Origin: Octopus sinensis | Taxonomy: Eukaryota | Assembly: GCF_006345805.1 (NCBI RefSeq) | Contig: NC_043000.1 | Coordinates: 37,758,001 to 37,822,000, forward strand | Reading direction: 5' to 3' | Length of the DNA: 64,000 nucleotides | Shown: positions 52,829 to 64,000 of the stretch, piece after piece | How positions within the stretch are numbered: position 1 is the stretch's first letter | Layout: every line of letters starts with the position of its first letter | Program-made: the position numbers and the translations under genes | Notes under the pieces: generated by a model | The model's database searches: none | Seen by the model: only the letters and a program-made list of their open reading frames with translations | What the model was told of the DNA's origin: nothing

Positions 52829-53224
52829 CATACATGCATACGTATACACACACACTCACACATACATACACACACACACATACGTCTTTATAGTCCTCTA
52901 CACGTATGTATTAGTCCATTATTTGATTTACAATGTCCTCAATAAACATTGCTCATTAATATCAATTAAAGATAGAAATGACTTCCGATGAATAATCTGA
53001 CAAAATCTGAAATAATTTATCAAACAACAACAAAAACAACATCAACAACAGAATTTATAATATTAATTTCTAATCTTTGGCAGAAAGCCAGCTATTTTGA
53101 ATGAAGGATGCCATTCGATTACATCGACCCCAGTACTTCACTGGTACTTTGTTTTATCCACACTAAAGCGATGAAAATCAAAGTTGACTTCAGCAGGAAG
53201 AAAAGCTACTAAGATGTATTTTTT

Positions 53225-54480
53225 TCGCCGACACTGAAGAGAAACCATTTTGGAAAGCCTATAAAGATGTATGTGGAACAAAATCCTGGGCCTGGTTATG
53301 AAAAGGACAATTTAAGAAACAGAGGACTTAATTGTATCAGTCCAGGATCAAGCGATCAAAACAAACAACTTGAGAAAAATGTATATGAGGACAATGTGTC
53401 AGAAAAATGTAGTGTCTATGGAATTTGGAGTGAAACGGTGGCACACATTGTTGCAAAATGTCCCGACTTGGCTCAGGAAGAATGGATGGAAGCACTCCGT
53501 CGGTTACGACGATGAGGGTTCCGGTTGATCCGAAGCAACGGAACAGCCTGCTCGTGAAATTAACGTGTAAGTGGCTGAGCACTCCACAGACACGTGCACC
53601 CTTAACGTAATTTTTGGGGATATTCAGCGTGACACAGAGAGTGACAAGGCCGGCCCTTTGAAATACAGGTACAACAGAAACAGGAAGTAAGAGTGAGAGA
53701 AGGTTGTGGTGAAAGAGTACAGCAGGGATCACCACCATCCCCTGCCGGAGCTGCGTGGAGCTTTTATGTGTTTTCGCTCAATAAACACTCACAACGCTCG
53801 GTCTGGGAATCGAAACCGCGATCCTATGACCGCGAGTCCGCTGCCCTAACCACTGGGCCATTGCGCCTCCACTTCAGGAAGAATATAAGTAATGGAGAGC
53901 ATAATCAAGTCGTAGAATTTTTACACTGGAAACTGTGCCAGAAATAGTGATTTGAAGTTGGAGACATATGATATGAACATCAGCTCGAAACAATGCTGGA
54001 GTCAGAGAATTGTAAGATTGTGTGGTACTTTCCTATTCAAACGGACAAGAAGCTAGAAGATAATAGGCCAGACATAATAATAGACAAGGAAAGGCGAAGT
54101 TGCCTACGAATTGATCTATCATATTCGTTTGATTCTATGATCGTGAAGAAAGAGAAAAAAAAATACAGTCCCCTTAAAAATTTGAAATTGCAAGAATTTG
54201 GAATATGAAAACTGTACAGGTTGTGTTTATAGGAATTGGTGTATTGGGAAATATAAGCAAAGATATAAAGATATGGTTGAAGGAGATTGAAATAGAATGT
54301 CCTGTGGAGCTTCTATAGAAGTTTGCTTCTTAGGGGACAGGAAAGATGATCAGGAGGGTTCTAAACTCTTGAAAGACTATTGAAAGCTAGTGGATACCTA
54401 AAGTTACATGTAGCAATTCGTTACCCCCATAAATACTACCAGGATTTAGACCGAAACTGAGTCAAATCAACAACAACAAC
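53225..54480 (+). mobile_element. R4-like LINE 3' part (CCHC and RLE), interrupted by SINE D
   Basis: CSVYGIWSETVAHIVAKCPDLAQEE | YK..., IVWYFPIQTDKKLEDNRPDIII. Confidence 0.8.
53484..53873 (-). mobile_element. SINE family D, full length, with 11-bp TSD
   Basis: Head reverse complement GTGGAGGCGCAATGGCCCAGTGGTTAGG...GGTTTCGATTCCC; TCAGGAAGAAT at 53473-53483 and 53874-53884. Confidence 0.9.
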
Positions 54481-54499
54481 AATAATAATAATAATAGTC

Positions 54500-54645
54500 T
54501 TTTATACTCTTGGCACAAAGCCCGAAATTTTGGGGGAGGGGGCCAGTCGATTAGACGACCCCAGCATGCAACTGGTACCTAATTTATAAACCCTGAAAGG
54601 ATGAAAGGTAAAGTCGACCTCGGTGGAATTTGAACTCAAAACGTA
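54500..54645 (-). mobile_element. SINE family B variant, truncated
   Basis: GTCGACCTCGGTGGAATTTGAACTC. Confidence 0.75.
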
Positions 54646-54649
54646 AAGA

Positions 54650-55116
54650 CTACAACCTGAGATGCCAAGAACCCTCCTACGTGCCCTAGCTGTCCTTAAT
54701 AACACTGTTTTCTGGAGCTGTACTCGACTGGGTTTTATACCTATTTCCTCTATACAGGGGATAGGTCCCAATGCACCTATAACTACTGGAATACATTTTA
54801 CCCGCACTTTCCATAATCTCTGTAATTCAATGGCTACATCCTGGTACTACCATATTTTTTCTATACCTCTCATGCTGATTTTTTTCATCATTTGGGACTG
54901 TAAAGTCAATTATTTGGCACTTTTTATTGTCTTTACTACTACTAAAGCAGGCCTTCTAGCTTCTATTATTCTGTCAGTCTGAATGTTAAAGTCCCACAAC
55001 ATCTTATGTTTCTTACTTTCTAGTACATTACTAGGTTCGTGGTCTTATCATTTATCACTATGGTCAAATCCTAGCTTTCTACATAACTCCCAGTGGATTA
55101 TTTTCCTTAGGTTGTC

Positions 55117-55120
<4 letters not shown>
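54650..55120 (-). mobile_element. R4-like LINE RLE/3' fragment
   Basis: VKCIPVVIGALG...LQKTVLL. Confidence 0.75.
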
Positions 55121-55154
<34 letters not shown>

Positions 55155-55166
55155 TATTATTATTAT

Positions 55167-55691
55167 TGAGTAAGAAAGCAGTGCATGTCATCAAAGTGAC
55201 ACTAGGGTAAAATATACGAAGCCCAGTTTACCCATCATGACTACTCGTCTGATAAGGGTACACCAGGCACATGCATCACAACCATGTGTGCGCGACATGG
55301 TGATCTCATATCAAGATAAACAGTACATGACCTTGCAGGTGGGGTCCAGTTAGAATCTTCTTCAGGTTGAGTAGCCTATTCTGCTCAAAAGGTCCCTGAA
55401 TAAGGGTTGTTTAAGGATATTGAACAAAACACCCATGTTTCCAAAGGTGAATTATCCAAACCCCTCAGAATTCCACTCAACACATGGCTATGATGCTTCC
55501 CTACAATTTCTGCTCGTGATCAGAGATGCAGATATCACCAGCCACTAAGGGACATGCTCAACTGGTTGGTATTGAACAGAATATTTGCTGTAGCCCATCT
55601 TTTATACCAAGACAACAATATACATGATAATACTTCCAGTTAGTTAAGATCAGAAGCCACGAGAGCCACTGCCTGGTACTGCATCAGGGCA
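55167..55691. repeat. ~555-bp TAA-embedded repeat, copy 3 (about 30-nt internal deletion)
   Basis: Same ends as the other copies; lacks the ATGGTCAAACAACTGACAAGCAAATCTGT block. Confidence 0.9.
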
Positions 55692-55757
55692 TTTCTTCTT
55701 CTTCTTCTTCTTCTTCTTTTCTTCTTCTTCTTTTCTTCTTCTTCTTCTTCTTCTTCT

Positions 55758-55788
<31 letters not shown>

Positions 55789-55806
55789 TTATTATTATTA
55801 TTATTA

Positions 55807-55842
<36 letters not shown>

Positions 55843-55859
55843 CATTATTATCATTATTA

Positions 55860-55911
<52 letters not shown>

Positions 55912-56199
55912 TATTATTATTATTGTTATTCTATGTTTGACTTTTGCTTTATATTTGTACAAGTTGGCTCCAAGTCTCACCCAGAGACCTCAAGAGACAA
56001 CAGGGTTGGAAGTTCATGTTGTTGTTATGCCTAGTGTGCCATATATTTGGGGGGGTGGGGTGTTGTACTAATTTTTTTTTTTTTTTAAAACCGAAAATTA
56101 TGTTTGTTTTAAACCTTGAGATTACATAGAAAGTATTTTGCGTAGGATATGAGCAGTTCCCATGAGCACTATCTTTTGAATTTCTGCCATTTTTGGGTT

Positions 56200-56934
56200 T
56201 CATGGTATCTGAGTTAGGTAGCTATCTGCCCCTTTTGCTATCATTCCCAGGGCACCTATGACAACAGGTATTGTTTTAGTCTTCAGCTTCCACATTTTGC
56301 TGATTTCTATTTCAAGATCTTTATATTTGCTCAGTTTTTGGTAGGTCTTGACAGATACGTTTATATCGATTGGGACAGTCATATCAATGAGGAGGCATGT
56401 TCTTTGTTTGAAGTCTTTCAATATGATGTCTGGCCTATTTGCATCTATCTTTCTGTCAGTTTGAATGGCGAAGTTCCAGAGGAGTGAGATGTGGTCATTT
56501 TCAAGCACTGGGGGTGGTTTGTGTTCCCACCAGTTTTTTTCATGGGGCAAATCCAGGTTTTTACAGATTACCCAGTGAATATATTGTGCAGCTCTATCGT
56601 GCCTGTTGAGATATTCTGTAGGCGCTAGAAGACTGCACTTGGAGACCACATGGTCAATGGTTTCATTTTGTTGCTTGCATACACGACACGTTGGACAGCT
56701 TCTGATCTTTAATATGTTGGCCTGGTAGTTTCTTGTTGGTAGGCATTGATCTTGAGCTGCTATGATAAACCCCTCTGTTTCAGATTTTAAGCCAGAGGCC
56801 ATTAGCCATTGATGGGTCAGGGCTTTGTCAACATCTGCATTATTTGCTCTCTTTGGGTATTTGCCATAGAGAGGTTTTTCTTGCCATTTATCATTCAGAA
56901 TATCTAAGGCCGCAGATTTAGCACGGGTTTTCAT
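56200..56934 (-). pseudogene. CCHC knuckle plus restriction-like endonuclease segment of the R4-like LINE
   Basis: PD..D..K nuclease motif in NRPDII...IDMTVP...KY. Confidence 0.9.
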
Positions 56935-57232
56935 GCGCTTAGCTTTTTCTGTGCCTGTTTCTTGTATGTCTATCTCTAATTCCGAAATTTGTTGTATTCG
57001 GAATTCACTTAGATATTCCTTGCCTGTTTTGTTACTGAGTATGATGCTTTCTTGTTTTCATGTTTTGAGACAAGTTTTAACATCCAGTCCTCAGAGTTTT
57101 TCAGGTAGGTGTCTCGGCCAATTGTAGCAATCTTCATTGTTATTGCCAGTTGTAAAAGTCCACGGCCTCCCTCTTTTCTTGGCAGATAAAGTCGTTCTGT
57201 ATCTGCCTTAGGGTGGTGCATTCTATGCATTG

Positions 57233-58348
57233 TCAACAGTTTTCGTATTTTTCTGTCAAGATTACATATTTCAGTAATTGACCAGTAACGATACTGAAAC
57301 TGTAAGTCACGACTGGTATGGCTAATGCATTGATCGCTTCGATCCTGTTTCTCGCATTCAGCTCTGTCTTGAGTATTGCTCTTACTCTGCGATAGCATTC
57401 TCTCCTGATCCTTTCCTTCATCTCTGAATGCCTTATTCCTTCTCCTTCAATTACCCCTAGATACTTGTAGTTCTCTGCTGGGTCTAATTCTTTTATGACA
57501 TTCTGCTGGTCAAGGTTAACGTTAGATGTTTCTGTCATTTTTCCTTTGATAAAGGTAGCTTTTGCGCATTTATCGAGGCCAAATTGCATTCTGATGTCAT
57601 CACTGAATTGTTTGACAATCGCTAGTAAGCCCTTGAGTTGTTGGTCATTTTTTGCAAAGAGCTTTAAATCATCCATGTAAATGAGATGATTTATATTTTT
57701 ATCAAACATTTTATATCCGTACTGCGCATCATTGAGCAGTTTTGAGAGAGGTATTAAGGCTAAACAGAAGAGGAGCGGTGATAGTGAGTCACCCTGGAAA
57801 ATGCCACATGAAATTTTTACATCACCAGCATTTAGAGATTCATTGTCACTGTTCAAAGTTAGTGTGGTTCTCCATGATCTCATACTTACAGACAAAAAGT
57901 TTCGCAGAGCAGGTGCTATCTTATACATTTCTAGGCATTTATTAATCCAGCTATGTGGTAGGCTATCAAAAGCCTTTTTATAGTCTATCCAGGCTATTGA
58001 TAAGTTTTTGTGTCGTTTGTGACAATCTTCTAAGATCATCTTATTGATGAGTAGTTGATCTTTACAACCGTAGGATCCACGTTTACATCCTTTCTGTTCA
58101 TTAGGGAATATGCTGCTGTCTGTCAAAAAACTATAGGTATATTCCGTCAGGACAGATGTTAGTGTTTTATACATAGTTGTTAAGCAGGTTATGGGTCTAT
58201 AGTTTTTGGGTTCATTTGTTTCTTCACTTTTTGGAAGCAGGAATGTTAACCCATTAACTAGCCAAGGAGGCATCCTACTTGGGTGTTGCAAAACATCATT
58301 GTAAAGTTCTGCTAGCAGTTCATGGCTCTCTGGAAGGCATTCAACCAA
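57233..58348 (-). pseudogene. Reverse transcriptase segment of the R4-like LINE
   Basis: 371-aa ORF with complete RT motifs; neighbouring segments are in other frames. Confidence 0.9.
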
Positions 58349-60096
58349 AAGTTAGGGATTTTATCCTTTCCTGGAGACTTCCATTTGCTTGACCTCCTGA
58401 GAGCAGATCTTATATCTTCTACCTTGACACCCTCCCACTTTTGCTCTTCTAAGGAGTCCAGTTCTTTAGATATTCTATCAATCCAGGGGGCCTTTTCGCT
58501 GTGTGTTTTTTCTTCTGCCCAAATTTTATTCCAAAATCCCTGCACTTCTTCTTTTGATGGTACAGACTTTACAGTAACTGTTGTTTTTCCTATCTTCCTG
58601 TAAAAATGTTTGGGGTTATTTTTGAACATGTTGTTGTCCCTGTAGAATCTAATACGCTTTTCATACCTCGCTATGCGGGCAGCTTTAGCAGATACCTTTT
58701 GCTTGATGGTTTCTATGGTGGCATCAATATCAAGTATAGTTTTCATATTATATTTTTTCATTAGTTTTTGGTTTTTGCAGGTTTGGTAGTCTTATGAACC
58801 TTAAGGTTTTTCAAATATTCAATGTCAGATCTAAATAGTTTAATTTGTTGTTGCAAACGCTCTTGCCAAGAAGGCTTTTTGTGGAAATGTTGCCGTTTTC
58901 TAATCTTTTCACCACATAGGATCGTTGAGATTTTTGCGGATGCATAGTATAGGTGGTTGAGATCTGTGATATCAACATCATTAGCTGAAATTATATCCTT
59001 AAGTGCAAGCCGGATTTTACCAATTATTTTCATGTTTTGGTTAGATTTGCGTATTTTAGGGAGTGTATCACGTTCATCCATACTGGTTTCTTTAATTTTC
59101 ATCCATTCAATCATGATTTGACTTTTTAGCTCATGTAGTTCTGTCGGGTCAATATTTGTGTGACTTTCTTCATCTATTTGATGTTCATCTGTCTTAGTGT
59201 TTATATTTGGTTCAGGGAGTATTTCACTTTGCCTATCACTTATACTAACTCTTTCAATCCTTACTTCGTTTTATTAGCTCTGAGCTGGTCTATAATTATT
59301 TCCTCTGTATTATCTTCTTTAGCTGCAGCTTCGTTCATTCTATCCGTTACTGCTTGTTTAATTTGATCAATCTCTACTTCAGTCAGTAATTTTTTTTTTA
59401 TAATGTTTCTTCTGACGTTGGCAAGTTTGTTACTGTCTATGTAGGGTCTTACTTCAGGGTGTTTCTGTCTCCAGTTTATGTAGGTTTGTATAGTGTTCGA
59501 TTTATCTGTGGGGAAATATATGGCATGATAGAAGGCAGCAAGAACTTCTTTATTATCTTCCCTAGTCCATTTTTCCTTCTTTTTCTTTTGAGTGTTTGGT
59601 GACGAGCATGGATGGCCATCTGTTGGAATATTCCAGTTGCGGGGTACGTCCAGCTCCTGTGTGTCGGGAAGATTTGATCCAGTAGCTGATTTTTCAATCA
59701 GACTTTGGTTCAATTTTCGGGTACGTGGTCTTTTGTAATCCGCGCAATGACCAATGCGGTTTATTGTTTGATTTGTTGACCTTGAAGCATGACGAGCTTC
59801 GACTCTTACATTAAGAGACGGATCTGTCAGTTTAGGATTTTCTGCACGTAAACATTATTCGTAGCGTAGTTTCCTAAGGCTATCAGATCTGTATTCGTCT
59901 GTACTTTTTTTGTTGATAGTTTTATCTTCGGACATAGCTTTCCCTTCTTTTTATTTATTTATTCATTTATTTCTTTAAACTTATGAAAGGTTCACTCTCG
60001 CTGTATTAGTTCGAAAAAATGAGAATAAAATACGAGAAAAAAAAATAATAATAAACAAATATAAAATAAGAATTATCATCATCACTGTCATCACTG

Positions 60097-60129
<33 letters not shown>

Positions 60130-60891
60130 ATGACATTGTTTTATGTGTAGTCACAGCGGTAGCTTATTATTATTATTATTCTCACTATCACCATCACCAC
60201 GGTAGAGTGGTCATGTTCTATAAATAGATTCATCAGATGGTGGACGAAGGACATTTTGGGTCAGGAAAAGGTCAAACCTGTTTACTAATACCAGCGTTAT
60301 CTTGGAAAGCAATCCAGCTATATATATATACCTATACACATATGTATATATATACGTATATTCACATACGCATATTTTCTGATATTCACTCGATGATTTT
60401 TTTTCTTCTTCTAATTTCTGAGTTCAATTGTGTTTGGAAAAAAAAAGATTTTTGCAAAGGAAAGAATGTTTACATTTTCGAATGCTCAGAAAATTTTTCT
60501 TTCTTTTTAAAAGTTTAAAAGTTATGCTGTGGTTTACAGTTTTTGTAGTTGTGCAGTGTATACATATTGGTATACGCCTACTTCCATAGTTTTTTATCGT
60601 GCATTTAATTGTGTCGTTACGATAAAAGGCAAAGAAGGGACGGCAGACTGTTCACACAAAATTGGAGATATTTATGATTCTAAATTCCTTGTTATGTGTT
60701 CGCTTGTATGTGCAAAGCTGTAGATATATAAGTTCCTTAGCTTACTTTGAGGGAAATTCAAATTACTCACAGAAAACAGTGGATCTTCCAGTTTTTCCGT
60801 TGTCACGCTGGGCTGGTCAGAGCAGCGAAAAACACGTCCAGCTTCTATCACGTCCAGCCGCCTTCCTTCCTTATTATTATTATTATTATTA

Positions 60892-60948
<57 letters not shown>

Positions 60949-60974
60949 TATTATTATTATTATTATTCCTTCGT

Positions 60975-61610
60975 AATAAAGTGCAGGTAAAAATGTATTC
61001 CTTCAAACTCTCGATGCATTCTCATTCCAAGAAGGTCTTTTCTCTTCTCCTCAGCTCTTTGGTTAAACTCTTCCTTGCCCATCATTTCATCTGCATTTAC
61101 ACCCATATCTTTCGCGGCATATTGCAGCAGGTCTTCATCACTATTAAATACTCGGCAAGTGTTCTCCTTTCACTCCTTATACAATGGTCTATACTAATTA
61201 GTCCTCTGCCACCATTTTCGTATACAGTATGTTTACTTTTGCTTTAGAGTGTAGCGCCTCATGCAGCGTCATCAAATTTATCGTCCTTCTATCCAGTGTT
61301 GATATTTCCTCCTTAGTCCATTTGAAGATGGACGCACTATATCTGACCACCGCAACTGCCCAGATATTCATTGCGGTAATCAATTTTTTGGCATTCAGAT
61401 TGGATTTCAACACCATCTTCATCCTTTCTCGATACGCCTCGCTGACCTTGACGTTCATTTCTCCGTGTAGAATGTCATCCGTCTCCAAAATCCCTAAATA
61501 CCTATACCCACTACCATCGGTTCACCCATGGACTCTCCTGATGGTAACCGCAATCCTCTACAAGCTGCTTTCGTCCCTCTTTTCATATTAAGTACTGAAC
61601 ATTTAAGTAT
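60975..61610 (-). mobile_element. R4-like LINE fragment (post-RT)
   Basis: YLGILETDDILH...EAYRERMKMVLKSNLNAKKLITAMNIWAVAVVRYSA. Confidence 0.8.
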
Positions 61611-61637
61611 CGTTATTATTATTATTGTTATTATTAC

Positions 61638-61721
<84 letters not shown>

Positions 61722-61744
61722 CATTGTTGTTGTTGTTGTTCTAT

Positions 61745-62150
61745 ATTTGTTATATATTTGTCTGAATATCTTTTTATCATACTGAATGCGCCTACTCTGA
61801 TAGAAAGTGTTTCAGTTTTTAGACTCCATATTTGAGTTACCTCTAGTTCCTGATCTTTGTATTTTGAAAGTTTCTTCGTTTCTTTTAGAGAAACATTGTC
61901 ATCTGTTGGTATTGATACATCGATGAGAAAGCACATTTTTTTTACTTCCTGAGATCTAACAACTACATCCGGCCTATTAGCCTTGATTTCTCCATCTGTG
62001 TTTTTTGGTATATCCCAGAGTATAGTTTCTTTCTTATTTTCTGTGACCTTTCCTGGCTTGTGCCTATACCAGCATTTTTTTTCTTGTTATTCCATAGTGT
62101 TGGCATAATTACCAAGGTATGTAGATTCCTACTCTGTCGTGTCATATTTT
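61745..62150 (-). mobile_element. R4-like LINE RLE fragment
   Basis: CFLIDVSIPTDDNVSLKETKKLSKYKDQELEV. Confidence 0.8.
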
Positions 62151-62266
62151 ATTCTAAAATATAACTCGTAAACCTGGATTCCCGTAAAGCGCCGTATTGC
62201 TGTATTAAAATCGTATAGAACGAAATACGATGAGATATAATTTGTGGTAAGTAGATTCCACATACC

Positions 62267-62498
62267 TATTTCTTTACTACCCACAAGGGGCTAAACACAG
62301 AAAGGATAAACAAGAACAGACAAACGGATTAAGTCGATTATATCAACCCCAGTGCGTAACTGGTACTTATCTAATCGACTTCAAAAGGATGAAAGGCAAA
62401 GTGGACCTCGGCGGAATTTGATCTCAGAACGTAGCGGCAGACGAAATACTGCTAAGCATTTCGGCCGATGTTCTAACGTTTCTGCCAGCTCACCACCT
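62267..62498 (-). mobile_element. SINE family B with ~15-bp TSD
   Basis: TAGATTCCA(C/T)ATACC at 62252-62266 and 62499-62513. Confidence 0.9.
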
Positions 62499-63011
62499 TA
62501 GATTCCATATACCTCACACCAAAAGTTATCTCTATTCAACAACACCTATTTAAGAAAAGACAAGAATTGCAATAATTCACCTTGGAAATGGAGTTTGGCT
62601 TATTGTTACTTTTATCTTCTTGTGAACATTTTTTAAATCGTAATACTTGATTCATTATTAATCGATCTTTTGATTCAAATACTTCCCGTTTCCCCGCCCT
62701 TATATTACGATAGAACGTTTTAGATGATGTTGTATAGAACATGTGTCATCAAAATATGTTTCCTAAATTTCCTTTTCGCATTACGATTTGAAGCAGCCAA
62801 TGGATTTGTAGGCCTCACTTGATCTCACATCTATTACATAGTTGCTACTACAAACAGAGACATCCTAAACCAAATAAAAAAAAGCAGCCACACATGATTG
62901 ACTGGTAATAAAGTCACTCAAAGGCGCACTCTACCTCTAGCCACACTTGAGAGGCTGGAGAGCGCCTATGAGTGTCTTTAGGAGACGAGTAGACACCACC
63001 AAGAGTTCACT

Positions 63012-63176
63012 CCCAATTGTAACTGTCGAGAACTTGGAGCTTGCCCACTTTCCCAAGTGTGTATGATCAACCCCATCATAAATGAGGCAGCATTCACAGC
63101 AACGCTACATGATAAACTAACCGAAAAGAAGAATTACATCGGGTTGCGTGAGGGCGACTTTGAAAGATGGCACGTC
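63012..63176 (+). mobile_element. Penelope-like Cys linker/GIY-YIG fragment
   Basis: PNCNCRELGACPLSQVC...ATLHDKLTEKKNYIGLREGDFERW. Confidence 0.7.
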
Positions 63177-63821
63177 GACGAGGTTGGTGACACTGGGTCG
63201 GCTGGACACGTGCAGGGTTTTGGGACCAACTCCATGACACGTGCAATCAAGTGGAGAGCCGTCGAGAGATCCATGCATGTTGATGGATCTGGGAAGTGTA
63301 ACCTGTATGTTGTTTAGAGATCGCCACTGCACTGCTGAATTCCAGATCACAAATTTTTGGCTGGTGTTGCCATGGGGACAGTTCTCTTTTGGCGAGTTGA
63401 GGAGCATCCCCTTCTTCGGATTGGGCGACTGTATCGCGGACTTTCGACCACACTCCGTTGACTCATTCTACAGCAGCTAGCTTTATTATGGATTTACGGT
63501 TAGAGAGGACATACACCTAATTTTTTCTCTTCTCTTCTCTTTCCGTTTTGTTTTCAAAATCTCTTTATCTCTATGCACCTCCGTTCACTTCAGCCATGTA
63601 ATCCCACACGTACTTTTCGCGAGCTATTCTTTCCCTTCTCTCCAAATCTTTCCTCTCATCCAGGCTCGAAACGTCACATCCCTTCTTTTTTCAATCCTAC
63701 ACTGAGCGTCAAGCAAATAAATTCATGTTCCACGTGTACGTCATTTTCACTTTGTTTGATTTGGTATTTTAAATTTTAAATCTTCGATTTGCCTATATAT
63801 ATATATATATATATATATATC

Positions 63822-63985
63822 ATCATCATCATCATCATTGTTCGACCGTGGTCGAGACAATGGAATTTACTATGTTACGCCAGACTTCACGGTCCATCAT
63901 AGCATTACGGAGGTCCTGTTGCTGGATGCCTGTATCCGTGGAGATTACATCAGGGTAGAAGAGTGTGCGCCCTCTGGTATTGCCT
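63822..63985 (-). mobile_element. RTE-like LINE 3' end with (TGA)n tail
   Basis: ...DTGIQQQDLRNAMMDREVWRNIV..., then TGATGATGA. Confidence 0.75.
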
Positions 63986-64000
63986 ATATATATATATATA

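Larger units (their letters stand above)
55929..59960 (-). mobile_element. Near full-length R4/Dong-clade non-LTR retrotransposon (single ORF: RT, CCHC, RLE), frameshifted
   Basis: ATG at 59935; RT YRPITCL, GIFQGDSLSPLLF, YMDDLKL; CRVC..NETIDHVVSKC; NRPDII..D...LLIDMTVP..KLSKY; 3' end abuts (TAA)n. Confidence 0.93.

Noticed and set aside
63117-63480. Overlapping 68-96-aa ORFs in a GC-richer patch
   Set aside because: No recognisable domain in any frame

Overview
AT-rich eukaryotic intergenic or intronic DNA that is almost entirely repeats. The SINE repertoire and microsatellite density suggest an octopus/coleoid cephalopod (inference). No host protein-coding exon, rRNA, intact tRNA or CRISPR array could be supported, and most ORF-track entries are microsatellite translations. 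Recognisable content: a near full-length decayed R4/Dong-clade RLE LINE (55.9-60.0 kb) plus many R4 fragments beside (TAA)n; RTE and CR1 fragments; Penelope-like (PLE) RT/GIY-YIG remnants; a nested Tc1/mariner cluster; maT-like and piggyBac remnants; several tRNA-derived SINE families; three copies of a ~555-bp TAA-embedded repeat; and fold-back elements. The most notable signal is a set of minimal type I hammerhead ribozyme (HHR) motifs (CUGANGA-stem II-GAAA-palindromic stem III-UH) from several unrelated families. One family is a tRNA-headed, HHR-tailed SINE whose three insertions here each carry an inverted duplication of the 3' end, as Penelope insertions do. All folds were done by eye and no database search was run.
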